DNA of 48,674 nt. Source: a bacterium. Lineage in GTDB: Bacteria > Synergistota > GBS-1. The notes under the pieces were generated by a model, which saw only the letters and a program-made list of their open reading frames with translations, did not search any database and was not told where the DNA came from. Position numbers and translations under genes: made by a program. Positions 28,722 to 39,458 of this stretch are shown here, one piece after another. Where the stretch lies: assembly GCA_030153785.1 (NCBI GenBank), contig JASKLF010000011.1, positions 1 to 48,674 of the forward strand. The letters are read 5' to 3'. Position 1 is the stretch's first letter. Each line of letters starts with the position of its first letter.

Positions 28722-28977
28722 GCTGGTTTATTTTCCTTGCGAGGCGAGACTTTTTACGTGCACCATTGTTTCTATGTAGCACTCCCTTTCTGACCGCCTT
28801 ATCTATGATGGAGGTAGCTTGGCTAAAAAGTTGCTCAGCGAGTTCCAAGTTCTTAGCTTCGATGGCAGCTAAAACCTTTTTAATTTCCGTTTTAACTCTG
28901 GTTTTCCAAAACCTATTATACATCCGGTTTCTTTCAGAAACCCTTAGTTTTTTAGCGGCAGATTTAGTGTTTGGCAA
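28681..28977 (-). CDS. rpsT: 30S ribosomal protein S20
   Basis: MPNTKSAAKK...IDKAVRKGVLHRNNGARKKSRL. Confidence 0.97.
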   Translation of the reverse strand: MPNTKSAAKKLRVSERNRMYNRFWKTRVKTEIKKVLAAIEAKNLELAEQLFSQATSIIDKAVRKGVLHRNNGARKKSRLARKINQLKAALVSEAPSSP

Positions 28978-29050
28978 TTTCCTTTCACCTCCCTCTTTGC
29001 AACAAAGTTAATTCTATCACAGAAAGGGTTGTTTTAAAAGGGGGGTTTTT

Positions 29051-30211
29051 ATGAAAGAAGATGTTTTAGCTCTTCTTGTGGAGATCCAAGAGAGGGTTAG
29101 GAGTGTCTTAGAAAAAGCTTGTGGGGAAGTTCGCTCTATGTGGGAAAAGGCGAGAGAGGAACTACAAAGTCTTTATCTTAGAAGGGAAGAGCTTTCAGCT
29201 GAGATTAAGGTGGTTATAAAAGGCGTTGACAAAGCGCAAGAGGAGTTCGAAAAGGCCAAGCAATGGCTTGTGGAGGTTAGATCGGATTTTTCTAAGTACG
29301 GTGAAAGGGATATAAAAGAGGCTTACGCGTTGGTAGAAAAAAAACAAGTGGAGTTCGTAAAATTAAAGGAAACGGAGAAGGCTTTAAGAAGGGAGCGCGA
29401 TTTAATAGATAGGAGAGTAAAAGAACTCGAGGCCCTTGTTGGTAAGATAGATGACCTGTTTAAGAGAGTTAGGCTGGCTTTTGACCTCTTAAGCGGAAAT
29501 ATGGAGAGGGTTGAAAGAGAGCTACTTGAATTGAAGGGAAGGGCTGAAATGGCACCCCTCTTGGTTCAGGTCCTTGAAAAAGAGAGGAGAAGAATTGCAA
29601 GAGAGGTTCATGATGGTCCTGCTCAATACATTGCGAACGCTGCCTTTAGGCTGGATGTCTGTGAGAAGTTTATTAAAAGTGGGGATATAAGAAAGGCTCT
29701 TGGGGAGATAGAGGAGCTTAGGGAAATCCTTAAGACTAATCTTTCCGATATCAGAAGGTTTATAAGCGACCTTCGTCCAATGATCCTTGAAGATTTAGGA
29801 CTCATACCTGCTTTAGAGAAATATATAGAGGATTGGAGTAAGTTTTCAGGCATAGAGGTCGATTTTAAGGTCTTAGGGGATGGGGAGATAGAGAGAAGAG
29901 AAATAGAGGTGGCTCTTTTTAGGATCATTCAAGAGGCATTAAGTAACGTTTATAAGCATGCGCAGGCCTCTTCCGTCAAGATAATCCTTGAAGTTGGAGA
30001 TGAGTTTGTGTCTCTCTTGGTTCAGGATGATGGGATTGGTTTTGATCTTAAGGAGGTTAAACAGCTCAGCGCAGAAAAGGGTTCCTTAGGTATATTTAGC
30101 ATGGAGGAGAGGGCGAGGGCGTTGAACGGCTCTTTTAAAATATTTTCCCAAAAGGGAAAGGGGACGAAGATAATGGTAAGGATACCACAGGGAGTGGAGC
30201 TTGATGATTAG
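29051..30211 (+). CDS. degS: DegS-like cytoplasmic sensor histidine kinase (HisKA_3)
   Basis: No TM; coiled-coil sensor with EVRSDFSKYGERDIKEAY...EKALRRERD; ERRRIAREVHDGPAQ, DLRPMILEDLGL, DDGIGF. Confidence 0.82.
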   Translation: MKEDVLALLVEIQERVRSVLEKACGEVRSMWEKAREELQSLYLRREELSAEIKVVIKGVDKAQEEFEKAKQWLVEVRSDFSKYGERDIKEAYALVEKKQVEFVKLKETEKALRRERDLIDRRVKELEALVGKIDDLFKRVRLAFDLLSGNMERVERELLELKGRAEMAPLLVQVLEKERRRIAREVHDGPAQYIANAAFRLDVCEKFIKSGDIRKALGEIEELREILKTNLSDIRRFISDLRPMILEDLGLIPALEKYIEDWSKFSGIEVDFKVLGDGEIERREIEVALFRIIQEALSNVYKHAQASSVKIILEVGDEFVSLLVQDDGIGFDLKEVKQLSAEKGSLGIFSMEERARALNGSFKIFSQKGKGTKIMVRIPQGVELDD

Positions 30212-30809
30212 AGTGATGCTCGTTGATGACCATCTTATCTTGAGGGACGGCTTAAGAAGACTTTTCGAAACCGAGGAGGATATAGAAGTTGTAGCTGATG
30301 CTTCTACGGGGGAGGAGGCCATACGTTTAGTCAGGGAGAGGGATGTGGATGTTGTGGTAATGGATATATCCATGCCCGGTCTTGGAGGCATGAGGGCGAT
30401 CAGAAAAATGAGGGAAATCAAGCCGGAGATTAAGATAGTGGTTCTTACCATGCATGATGATGAGCGATGTAGATTGGAAGCCCTTCATGCGGGAGCTTCG
30501 GCGTATTTGGTAAAGGATGTGGGGGCTAATGAGCTCTTGAGAACCGTTAAAAAGCTTTGTGGCTTATCGGGGGAAGATAGGGGGCTTCCCTCTTTTACCC
30601 GCCGTGAGAGAGAGGTTTTATCTTTGATGGTCAAAGGAAAGAAAAATAGGGAAATAGCTGAGGAATTAGGCTTGAAAGAAAAAACAGTTAGGAATTATGT
30701 GTCTAACATACTCCAAAAGCTTGGAGTAAAGGATAGGACTCAGGCTGTTATAATGGTTTTGAGGGAGGGGCTTAGCTTTGAAGAAGATAAGGGTGATCAT
30801 AGCCGATGA
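30201..30809 (+). CDS. NarL/DegU-family response regulator (REC + LuxR HTH)
   Basis: VDDH, MDISMP, LTMHD, YLVKD; TRREREVL..NREIA..KTVRNYVSNILQKL. Confidence 0.9.
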   Translation: MMIRVMLVDDHLILRDGLRRLFETEEDIEVVADASTGEEAIRLVRERDVDVVVMDISMPGLGGMRAIRKMREIKPEIKIVVLTMHDDERCRLEALHAGASAYLVKDVGANELLRTVKKLCGLSGEDRGLPSFTRREREVLSLMVKGKKNREIAEELGLKEKTVRNYVSNILQKLGVKDRTQAVIMVLREGLSFEEDKGDHSR

Positions 30810-31152
30810 CATAGCGGATACAAGGAGAAACCTTAAAGTTATGCTTTCTTTCAGTGAAGAGATTGAGGTTGTGGGGGAAGCAAAAGATGGTAAGGAAGTC
30901 TTAACTTTGATAGATAAGCTAAATCCCGATGTGGTAATTTTAGATATCAACATGCCACAGATGGATGGATTAAATGTTTTTAAGGCGATAGTGGGGAATT
31001 ATCCCGATGTTAAAGTGATTGCCATATCTTTTCAGGATGATAAGGGATATAAGAGGATACTCGAAAGGATGGGAATTTCTTGTTATCTTGTTAAGCCCTT
31101 TTCCATTTCTCAGTTAATTGAAGCGGTTAGGAAGGCTTTTGGTGAGAGGTGA
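30778..31152 (+). CDS. Single-domain response regulator receiver protein
   Basis: IADD, LDINMPQMDG, YLVKPF; 124 aa with no output domain. Confidence 0.88.
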   Translation: MKKIRVIIADDIADTRRNLKVMLSFSEEIEVVGEAKDGKEVLTLIDKLNPDVVILDINMPQMDGLNVFKAIVGNYPDVKVIAISFQDDKGYKRILERMGISCYLVKPFSISQLIEAVRKAFGER

Positions 31153-31158
31153 GAAACG

Positions 31159-32163
31159 TTGCTCATTTTAGGTATAGAAACGTCATGTGACGAAACTTCT
31201 GTTGCCTTGGTTGAGGATGGGCGTAAAATAGTGAAAAACTTGGTTTTTTCTCAAGTTAAGGACCACGCTCCTTACGGAGGGGTTGTTCCTGAAATAGCTT
31301 CAAGAAAGCATTTGGAAACGCTCCTTCCTTTGATAGATGAAGTAGTTTCGGAAGTTAACCTCGAGGACATAGGTGGGATAGCTGTCACTGTAGGCCCCGG
31401 GCTAATAGGCTCTCTCGTTATTGGACTGATGTTTGCTAAGACGCTTTCTTGGATTTGGAAAAAGCCCCTTTTGGGTGTTAATCATCTTGAAGCCCATGTG
31501 TATGCTCTCTTTCTTGAATATGAAGGGATTGTTCCGCCCCTTTTGTGTCTTCTCGTTTCAGGTGGTCATACCGAGCTTTTTTTATTTAAAGACCATGGAA
31601 GTTTTGAGATGCTTGGTGAAACGAGAGATGATGCTGCTGGAGAAGCCTTCGATAAGGTTGCAAGGCTTTTAGGGTTGCCTTATCCGGGTGGACCGGCAAT
31701 TGATGAAGTTTCGAAAAGGGGAAACCCTTATTTTGCTGAATTCCCATATCCTCTGGAGGACGTCTTAGACTTTAGCTTTAGTGGGATCAAAACAGCAGTT
31801 AGACATTTTTGGGAGCGGAATAAGCATAAAGTAAAAGTTGAGGACGTTGCTGCAAGCTTTCAAAGAAAGGTCGTTGAAATTTTACTAGATAAGCTTAGGA
31901 AAGCTTCTTCCTTAAAGGGGATTAATAAGGTTGCTTTGGCTGGTGGAGTTGTAGCAAATAGCTTTTTGAGGGAAAAACTTAAGGAGCTTCAAGCAGAAGG
32001 TTTTGAAGTTTATTATCCTTCCTTACCTTTATGCACCGATAATGCAGCCATGGTTGCAGCAGCTGGATATCATGAGCTAAGAAGGGGGAGGATAGCTCCC
32101 TTAACCATAACAGCTTATCCAAATTTGAAGATAGGAGAAGATTTCTTGAGATTTTGTGGGTAA
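31159..32163 (+). CDS. tsaD: tRNA N6-adenosine threonylcarbamoyltransferase TsaD
   Basis: GIETSCDET, GGVVPEIASRKH, NHLEAH, SGGHT, DDAAGEAFDK, CTDNAAM. Confidence 0.98.
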   Translation: MLILGIETSCDETSVALVEDGRKIVKNLVFSQVKDHAPYGGVVPEIASRKHLETLLPLIDEVVSEVNLEDIGGIAVTVGPGLIGSLVIGLMFAKTLSWIWKKPLLGVNHLEAHVYALFLEYEGIVPPLLCLLVSGGHTELFLFKDHGSFEMLGETRDDAAGEAFDKVARLLGLPYPGGPAIDEVSKRGNPYFAEFPYPLEDVLDFSFSGIKTAVRHFWERNKHKVKVEDVAASFQRKVVEILLDKLRKASSLKGINKVALAGGVVANSFLREKLKELQAEGFEVYYPSLPLCTDNAAMVAAAGYHELRRGRIAPLTITAYPNLKIGEDFLRFCG

Positions 32164-32221
32164 ATGTTTGTAAAATGGTGTTTTTTAGCCTAATCCCCTC
32201 ACTTTTTGCTTATATCTTTCT

Positions 32222-32288
32222 TTGCTTTGCTGGTTAATTTTACTTATTATTTTAATCGCCGTTAGCACTCCTCGCTAATGAGTGCTAA
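32222..32288 (+). promoter_or_regulatory. groESL promoter with perfect CIRCE
   Basis: TTGCTT (32222), 17 nt, TATTAT (32245); CIRCE TTAGCACTC-N9-GAGTGCTAA at 32262-32288. Confidence 0.93.
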
Positions 32289-32312
32289 TAATAAGGAAGG
32301 GGGGATGTGATA

Positions 32313-32603
32313 ATGAAGCTTCGTCCGCTTGGCGACAGAGTAGTTGTAAAAGTTTTAGAGACAGAAGAAAAAACCAAAAGTGGCATAGTTCTTCCTGATA
32401 CCGCAAAGGAAAAGCCTCAGCAGGGAGAGGTTATAGCCGTTGGAACGGGAAGGATATTGGATAACGGTCAGAAGGTTCCTTTGGAGGTTAAGGTGGGAGA
32501 TAAGGTTATCTTCTCCAAATATGCGGGTACGGAGGTTAAGGTAGAAGGCGAGGAGTACTTAATTTTGAGTGAAAGAGATATTTTAGCCGTAGTTGAAGGA
32601 TAA
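32313..32603 (+). CDS. groES: Co-chaperonin GroES
   Basis: [36 protein letters not shown]. Confidence 0.99.
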   Translation: MKLRPLGDRVVVKVLETEEKTKSGIVLPDTAKEKPQQGEVIAVGTGRILDNGQKVPLEVKVGDKVIFSKYAGTEVKVEGEEYLILSERDILAVVEG

Positions 32604-32611
32604 GGGGGTGA

Positions 32612-34234
<1,623 letters not shown>

Positions 34235-34240
34235 GGGATG

Positions 34241-34283
34241 AAATATAAAAGCCCCTGGGAACTCCCCAGGGGCTTTTATATTT
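34241..34283. terminator. Bidirectional intrinsic terminator
   Basis: Perfect 19-bp IR AAATATAAAAGCCCCTGGG-aactc-CCCAGGGGCTTTTATATTT between convergent genes. Confidence 0.92.
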
Positions 34284-34285
34284 AT

Positions 34286-35653
34286 CTATTCCACTATTTT
34301 TCTGACGTAATCCCCGCCGGCGATATCCTTACGAATCCATTGGGTTACCCTGCCGAAGGAGAGCCTTTCTCTTACCCGATCTATCTCTATATAGCCTATT
34401 ATTATCTCATCGTAGCCTATTACCTCGTTTTTGGTTGGGTCTATTATGGGTCTTCCTCTTCTGAAGACGAAGAATCTATCCCCTTTGTTTACTCCCTTTT
34501 CGACTCCAGCGTTTATGACCACCCTTCCTTGGTTATCTATCCATGCTATCTGAGCAACGATACCGCTTCTTTTTAACCAAGCGAGTTTTCTCTTCTCCTC
34601 TTCTATTTTTTCTATGTCAAGTCTTGAAGGGTGTATGGTCGGAGCCAAGCTCCAATATTGGAATATTTTGTCCGTAACCTTCCTTGTGAGAGCTGCAAAA
34701 GCTGTTAAAAGTTCCGTTTGTGTGAAGTTCCCAATGGGCAAAAGGTCTGGAATAGTTTCGTTTAGTAGCCATGTCATGAAGTTGAGCGCTGTTCCCACCG
34801 CGATAATACCGCTGTCACCGCTTGCGAGCACGGGAACTTCTGTGTAAAAAAGTAAGGTTGTGAGCCTTCGGGATCTCACAGCTCTATATACTTCTTTGAC
34901 GATTTCATCTATCCATATGTTTTGCTCCCATTTTATAGTTTTTGACAAAGGGTCTACTACTTTGATGTTAACAGCGAAATCTGCTTCTCTTAAGCCTACT
35001 TTTTCTCTTGAAGAGGAAAAAGAAACAAAGATGAGTAGATCTGCTTCTTCAGAGAGCTTCTTAATGTCGTTGTCGAACAAGGTATTTGCCAGCACCTCGA
35101 TGGTTTTGTATTTTAATAATCTGCTTCTTATTTCCCTTGCGATAGCTTCAGCGAAAGGTTCAACCCTTCCTCCTTTTATACTTACTTCTTTGGTTTTGCC
35201 CAGTGTAGTTATGGTAATGCTGTTAAAGCTTTCATCTTTGGTGTCTTCATCTCTGGGTAGGCTTATTACGGCAATTTTTCTTGCTTCCGCGACAAGCTTT
35301 GGAGGAGATTCAGGTGGTGGACTTTCTATCTTCTTTTCTGCCTCCGTTAGTCTTTTACTGAGGGCTTTGTATTTCGGTTCTATGCTTAAAACTCTTTTGT
35401 AACATTCTTGAGCTGCTTCAAAATACCCTAATCTCTCATAGCACATTCCAAGCCAGAACCAGGCATCTGCCGAGTTGGGATACCTTTCAACGAGTTTCTT
35501 CAGAAACATTACCCCCTCTTCGTAATCCCCCGCTTCATATAGACTCTTTCCTTTTTCTACTTCCTGTTCAAGGTTTACCTGGGATAAGGCAATATTCTCT
35601 GTGAGCGCAAGAATCGCAAGAGAAATAAAAACTCCCATTATTAGCTTTTTCAA
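34286..35653 (-). CDS. Exported TPR protein with CsgG/FlgT-like middle and FlgT-C-like terminal domain
   Basis: Signal peptide; TPRs (ADAWFWLGMCYERLGYFEAAQECYKRVL); C-term VVINAGVEKGVNKGDRF...IIDPTKNEVIG. Confidence 0.65.
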   Translation of the reverse strand: MKKLIMGVFISLAILALTENIALSQVNLEQEVEKGKSLYEAGDYEEGVMFLKKLVERYPNSADAWFWLGMCYERLGYFEAAQECYKRVLSIEPKYKALSKRLTEAEKKIESPPPESPPKLVAEARKIAVISLPRDEDTKDESFNSITITTLGKTKEVSIKGGRVEPFAEAIAREIRSRLLKYKTIEVLANTLFDNDIKKLSEEADLLIFVSFSSSREKVGLREADFAVNIKVVDPLSKTIKWEQNIWIDEIVKEVYRAVRSRRLTTLLFYTEVPVLASGDSGIIAVGTALNFMTWLLNETIPDLLPIGNFTQTELLTAFAALTRKVTDKIFQYWSLAPTIHPSRLDIEKIEEEKRKLAWLKRSGIVAQIAWIDNQGRVVINAGVEKGVNKGDRFFVFRRGRPIIDPTKNEVIGYDEIIIGYIEIDRVRERLSFGRVTQWIRKDIAGGDYVRKIVE

Positions 35654-35668
35654 GATTTTTCACCCCTT

Positions 35669-36532
35669 CTATGGATAAAGAGGTCTTTCTACTATATCTC
35701 CTTCTTTGGGAGGTTCTGCTTCACTATCTCTTACTTTAACTATCTCCACAATCGCTTCATGCGGTTTAAGTTCTTTAACCTGTAGATCAAAAATGCGCTG
35801 AGGTATCAATACGACGGGCCTTTCAGGGTCTATTGTCTTAACGGTTTGTGCTCTTATAAGGTAAAGGGTGTCGTTTTTCCTCAGGCCATCTTCTTCTCCA
35901 AGGTTTATCAAAAACCTCTTTTCATCAAGGATGGCTATTATTCTTCCCCTTAAGGGTAGGCTTTTCGCTACCAAGGCTGCCCCCTTAAAAATCGCCTTTC
36001 TTAGGGCTCCTCCGAGTGCACCTTTTTCTACTTCTTTCCAGGTTTTTCTCTCTTTATCTTCAAGATATGGTAAAAATTGGTTATCCGTTGCCAGGATAAC
36101 CTTTTCAAAGACTAACCTCTCCTCTTTTATATCGAACAGTTTTAACTCTAACTCAAGTAGAGCTTTCCAGTTAGTTCCAAGGGTGGCTCCTTTTCTTAAG
36201 ATGCAGCTTAATATTCTTCCTTGAAGGATGAAGTCCATATCTTCGTATTTTTCATAAAGGTCTTCATCTTCCTTAAGGGAGGGTAATGCATATACCTTAA
36301 ATCTGTTGAACCTTCTGAAATACCTTAACATCATCTTTGTTGCCTCTTCGCCCAAGACATCTCTAACTTCATACTTGTTGGGGTATATCTTGACGTCGCT
36401 TTCATTAATTATCGGGGTTATGCCAAGCTTTATAGGGAAATCGAGGAGTCTTTCTTCCAGGGCAGGGGTCGGTGTGTGGCTTTTCAGCAAAAGTATGACT
36501 ACGATAATAAAGACCTTATAGATAAACTTCAT
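35669..36532 (-). CDS. Exported CsgG/FlgT-like protein
   Basis: Signal-like N-term; DFILQGRI..LELELKLFDIK alpha/beta core; C-term FLINLGEEDGLRKNDTL. Confidence 0.6.
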   Translation of the reverse strand: MKFIYKVFIIVVILLLKSHTPTPALEERLLDFPIKLGITPIINESDVKIYPNKYEVRDVLGEEATKMMLRYFRRFNRFKVYALPSLKEDEDLYEKYEDMDFILQGRILSCILRKGATLGTNWKALLELELKLFDIKEERLVFEKVILATDNQFLPYLEDKERKTWKEVEKGALGGALRKAIFKGAALVAKSLPLRGRIIAILDEKRFLINLGEEDGLRKNDTLYLIRAQTVKTIDPERPVVLIPQRIFDLQVKELKPHEAIVEIVKVRDSEAEPPKEGDIVERPLYP

Positions 36533-36703
36533 TTTGTAGAGGCTCCTTTCTTCGATTTGTTAAAAAGCCTTTTGCAATATTATAGCAGATTTGTATGGAG
36601 TTTCGTTGTTGCTATAAGTATGGGAATAAAATACACGAAATTTTATGGAGTGGTATAATGAAAAACAAAGCTTAAAAGCTTTTAATGTAAGGGGTGAAAA
36701 GGA

Positions 36704-37198
36704 ATGCAAAATATAAATCCACCTTTAACATCGGCTTGTTGCCCTCAGTGTGGAGCTTCCCGAGAGATAAGCGAGGAAAGATGCCCATCTTGTAATGCTA
36801 AAGGGTTATATGTTAAGAATCTCACGGTTAGGCATCTTGTTGAAGAAAGGTTTTTGGAGAAGGTTGGGGAAGAGGACTACTATTTATGTATGAACCCTGA
36901 ATGTGATGTGGCTTATTACAATAATGTAGCCGTATTTTTAAAAGACCATTTGAAGGTTCCTATATGGTTTAAAAGAGATGCTAATCCCAAATATGTTTGC
37001 TATTGCAGTAAGGTAAAGGAAGACGATGTTATTAAGGCTGTCCTTCAAGGAGATGCAAGTACGATTGAGGATATTTGTAGAATTACAGGTGCCATGTCCA
37101 AATATGAGTGCGAAGTTAACAACCCCACGGGTAATTGTTGCTATAATATTATTAAAGAGGTTCTTGAAAGGGCTTTGGTATTACGGAATAGCAAATAA
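36704..37198 (+). CDS. CopZ-N-like zinc/[2Fe-2S] (BFD-like) cysteine-rich protein
   Basis: CPSC, TVRHLV, YLCMNPECDVAYY, YVCYCSKV, CEVNNPTGNCC; extra N-terminal CCPQC. Confidence 0.8.
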   Translation: MQNINPPLTSACCPQCGASREISEERCPSCNAKGLYVKNLTVRHLVEERFLEKVGEEDYYLCMNPECDVAYYNNVAVFLKDHLKVPIWFKRDANPKYVCYCSKVKEDDVIKAVLQGDASTIEDICRITGAMSKYECEVNNPTGNCCYNIIKEVLERALVLRNSK

Positions 37199-37229
37199 TG
37201 TTTAAAAATGGTGAAAGGAGGGGTTTCTC

Positions 37230-38420
37230 TTGAAAAGCTTCGAGAGAAGACCGACCTATGACAAGATTTTGATGGGACCAGGACCATCTACCGTTGACCC
37301 TCGCGTTTTAAGGGCGATGTCTGAACCTGCTATGGGGTATTTCGATGAAGACTTTTTATCAATATTAAGTGAGACTCGGGAACTTTTAAGATATGTCTTT
37401 CAGACTAAAAATGAGCTTACATTAGCTATTTCTGGAACTGGGACTGCTGGAATGGAAACGGCCTTGTCTAATCTTATAGAACCGGGGGATAGGGTTGTTA
37501 TTTGCGTTAACGGATTTTTTGGAAACAGAATGGTTGAGATAGCCCAAAGGTATGGGGCGGATGTTAGGGTTGTTTCAGCTCCATGGGGAGAACCAATTTC
37601 TCCTGAGGATGTGGAGAAAGAGCTTAAGTCTCTGGGCAAGGTTAAACTCGTAGGAATAGTTCACGCTGAAACTTCAACGGGTGTCCTTCAGCCTCTTAAG
37701 GAGATATCGGAAATTGTTCATCGGCATGGGGCCTTTCTCTTAGTCGATGCTGTAACCTCTTTAGGTGGAGTTGAAGTTCCTACAGATAAATTTTCCTTGG
37801 ATTTTGTTTATAGCGGAACTCAGAAGTGTTTGAGTTGTCCGCCTGGACTGGCTCCTATAACGGTGGGTGAGAATGCTGCGAAGTATATAAGGGGTAGAAC
37901 CAAAAAGGTAGGAAACTTTTATCTTGACCTTTCTATAATAGAGCAGTATTGGGATGGAGGTAAGGTCTATCACCATACTCCATCGATGAATCTCATTTAC
38001 GCTTTAAATGAAGCTTTAAGGATCGTAGCGGAAGAGGGGATAGAGAATAGATGGAAAAGACACGAAAGAAATGCTAAAGCGTTGTGTGCAGGACTTGAAG
38101 CTATGGGGCTTGAACTCCTTGTCAAGCGGGAGTATCGTTTGCCACCTCTAACTACGGTTAAAGTCCCTGAAGGGATAGATGAGGCCTTGGTGAGAAAGCG
38201 TTTGATGGTCGATTATAAGCTTGAGATAGGAGCTGGGTTAGGTGAGCTTAAGGGTAAGATATGGAGGATAGGTCTTATGGGGAGCACTTCTACTTCAAGA
38301 AATGTAATGTTATTCCTTTCCACATTTGGTGAAGTTTTGAGGTCTTTAGGATTTAAGGCTCACGTTGAAGAGGGTTTGGAAGCTGCTTTCGAAATCTTGG
38401 GAGAGGATGGTGTTCGTTAG
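37230..38420 (+). CDS. Alanine--glyoxylate/serine--pyruvate aminotransferase family (class V PLP)
   Basis: LMGPGPS, SGTGTAGME, VHAETSTGV, VDAVTSLGG, SGTQKCLSCPPG, YHHT, WRIGLMG. Confidence 0.92.
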   Translation: MKSFERRPTYDKILMGPGPSTVDPRVLRAMSEPAMGYFDEDFLSILSETRELLRYVFQTKNELTLAISGTGTAGMETALSNLIEPGDRVVICVNGFFGNRMVEIAQRYGADVRVVSAPWGEPISPEDVEKELKSLGKVKLVGIVHAETSTGVLQPLKEISEIVHRHGAFLLVDAVTSLGGVEVPTDKFSLDFVYSGTQKCLSCPPGLAPITVGENAAKYIRGRTKKVGNFYLDLSIIEQYWDGGKVYHHTPSMNLIYALNEALRIVAEEGIENRWKRHERNAKALCAGLEAMGLELLVKREYRLPPLTTVKVPEGIDEALVRKRLMVDYKLEIGAGLGELKGKIWRIGLMGSTSTSRNVMLFLSTFGEVLRSLGFKAHVEEGLEAAFEILGEDGVR

Positions 38421-39313
38421 TGAAAAAGCTTCAGGGTTGCTTAGCTCCTATACCTACCCCGTTTGATGAAAGGGGAGAGCTTTATTTTGATGGGTTGAAA
38501 AGAAACTTAGAAGCGTGGGCTAAAAGCTCCTTGGACGGAATAGTGGTCATGGGGTCTAACGGGGAGTTTGTCATGCTTACTCAAGACGAAAAGCTAAGGT
38601 TGCTCGAATTTGTTAGAGAAAATTATCCGAAGGAAAAACTCCTCATCGCTGGAACTTCCTGTGAATCTTACAGGGAAACCCTATTCTTGAACAAGAAGGC
38701 TTATGAATTCGGCTATGATGCTGTTTTGGTTTTACCCCCCAGCTATTATAAAGGTTCGATGACAGAGGATGTCCTTGAATACTACTATCGCGGGCTTGCA
38801 GATGAGTCTCCTATACCAATTTTAATATACAACATGCCAGCAAACAGCGGTATAAATCTTTCCTCTAAGCTTGTTGTAAAGCTTTCATCTCATCCAAATA
38901 TCGTAGGGATAAAAGATAGTTCTGGCAGGATAGTCCAGATTTCGGAGATAATAGCGGGAGCAAAAGGGGAATTTGCCGTTTTTGCTGGCTCTGCCAGTTT
39001 TCTTCTTCCCACGCTTGCTATGGGTGGAAATGGTGGAATTATGGCCTTAGCCAATGTGATACCTGATGTGTGCTCTAACATTATAAAAAGCTTTAATACG
39101 GGTGACCTTTTAAAGGCGAGGGAGTTACAGCTTCTTATACTTAGAATAAATGCTTTTGTAACTTCCTTATACGGTGTTCCCGGTCTTAAGGCTGCTTTGG
39201 ATATCGTTGGGCTATATGGCGGTCCTCCGCGATTGCCCCTTTTACCTCTCGGGGAAGAGAAAGTAAGGGAGATAAAAGAGGAGCTGAACGGAGTTTTAGA
39301 AAGAGCTTCTTAA
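38420..39313 (+). CDS. DapA-family class I aldolase, 4-hydroxy-2-oxoglutarate aldolase-like
   Basis: PTPF, GSNGE, LPPSYYK, IYNMP, GIKDSSG, YGVPGLKAALD. Confidence 0.8.
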   Translation: MKKLQGCLAPIPTPFDERGELYFDGLKRNLEAWAKSSLDGIVVMGSNGEFVMLTQDEKLRLLEFVRENYPKEKLLIAGTSCESYRETLFLNKKAYEFGYDAVLVLPPSYYKGSMTEDVLEYYYRGLADESPIPILIYNMPANSGINLSSKLVVKLSSHPNIVGIKDSSGRIVQISEIIAGAKGEFAVFAGSASFLLPTLAMGGNGGIMALANVIPDVCSNIIKSFNTGDLLKARELQLLILRINAFVTSLYGVPGLKAALDIVGLYGGPPRLPLLPLGEEKVREIKEELNGVLERAS

Positions 39314-39347
39314 GGGAAGGAGTAAAGGCTCCTTCCCTTAATTTTTT
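39310..39347 (+). terminator. Intrinsic terminator
   Basis: TTAAGGGAAGGAG-taaagg-CTCCTTCCCTTAA followed by TTTTTT. Confidence 0.88.
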
Positions 39348-39385
39348 ACAACGCTCTCTTGTTTGCAATAGAGTTGTTTAATAAG

Positions 39386-39414
39386 TTGACAGGCAATATT
39401 TTTGATGCTATATT
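39386..39414 (+). promoter_or_regulatory. Sigma70 promoter of aor operon
   Basis: TTGACA (39386), 17 nt, TATATT (39409) with TG extended -10. Confidence 0.75.
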
Positions 39415-39458
39415 CCATAATGGGTGTTTGTCATCCTTTAGTAAGGGGGGGGTAGGCG

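Noticed and set aside
34238..34576. 112-aa Tyr-rich plus-strand ORF after groEL
   Set aside because: Runs through the groEL terminator and is antisense to the TPR gene; its composition mirrors that gene's codons.
39374..39392. Possible Rex operator over the aor -35
   Set aside because: Only about 9 of 14 positions match TTGTGAA-N4-TTCACAA, and part of the match is the -35 box itself.
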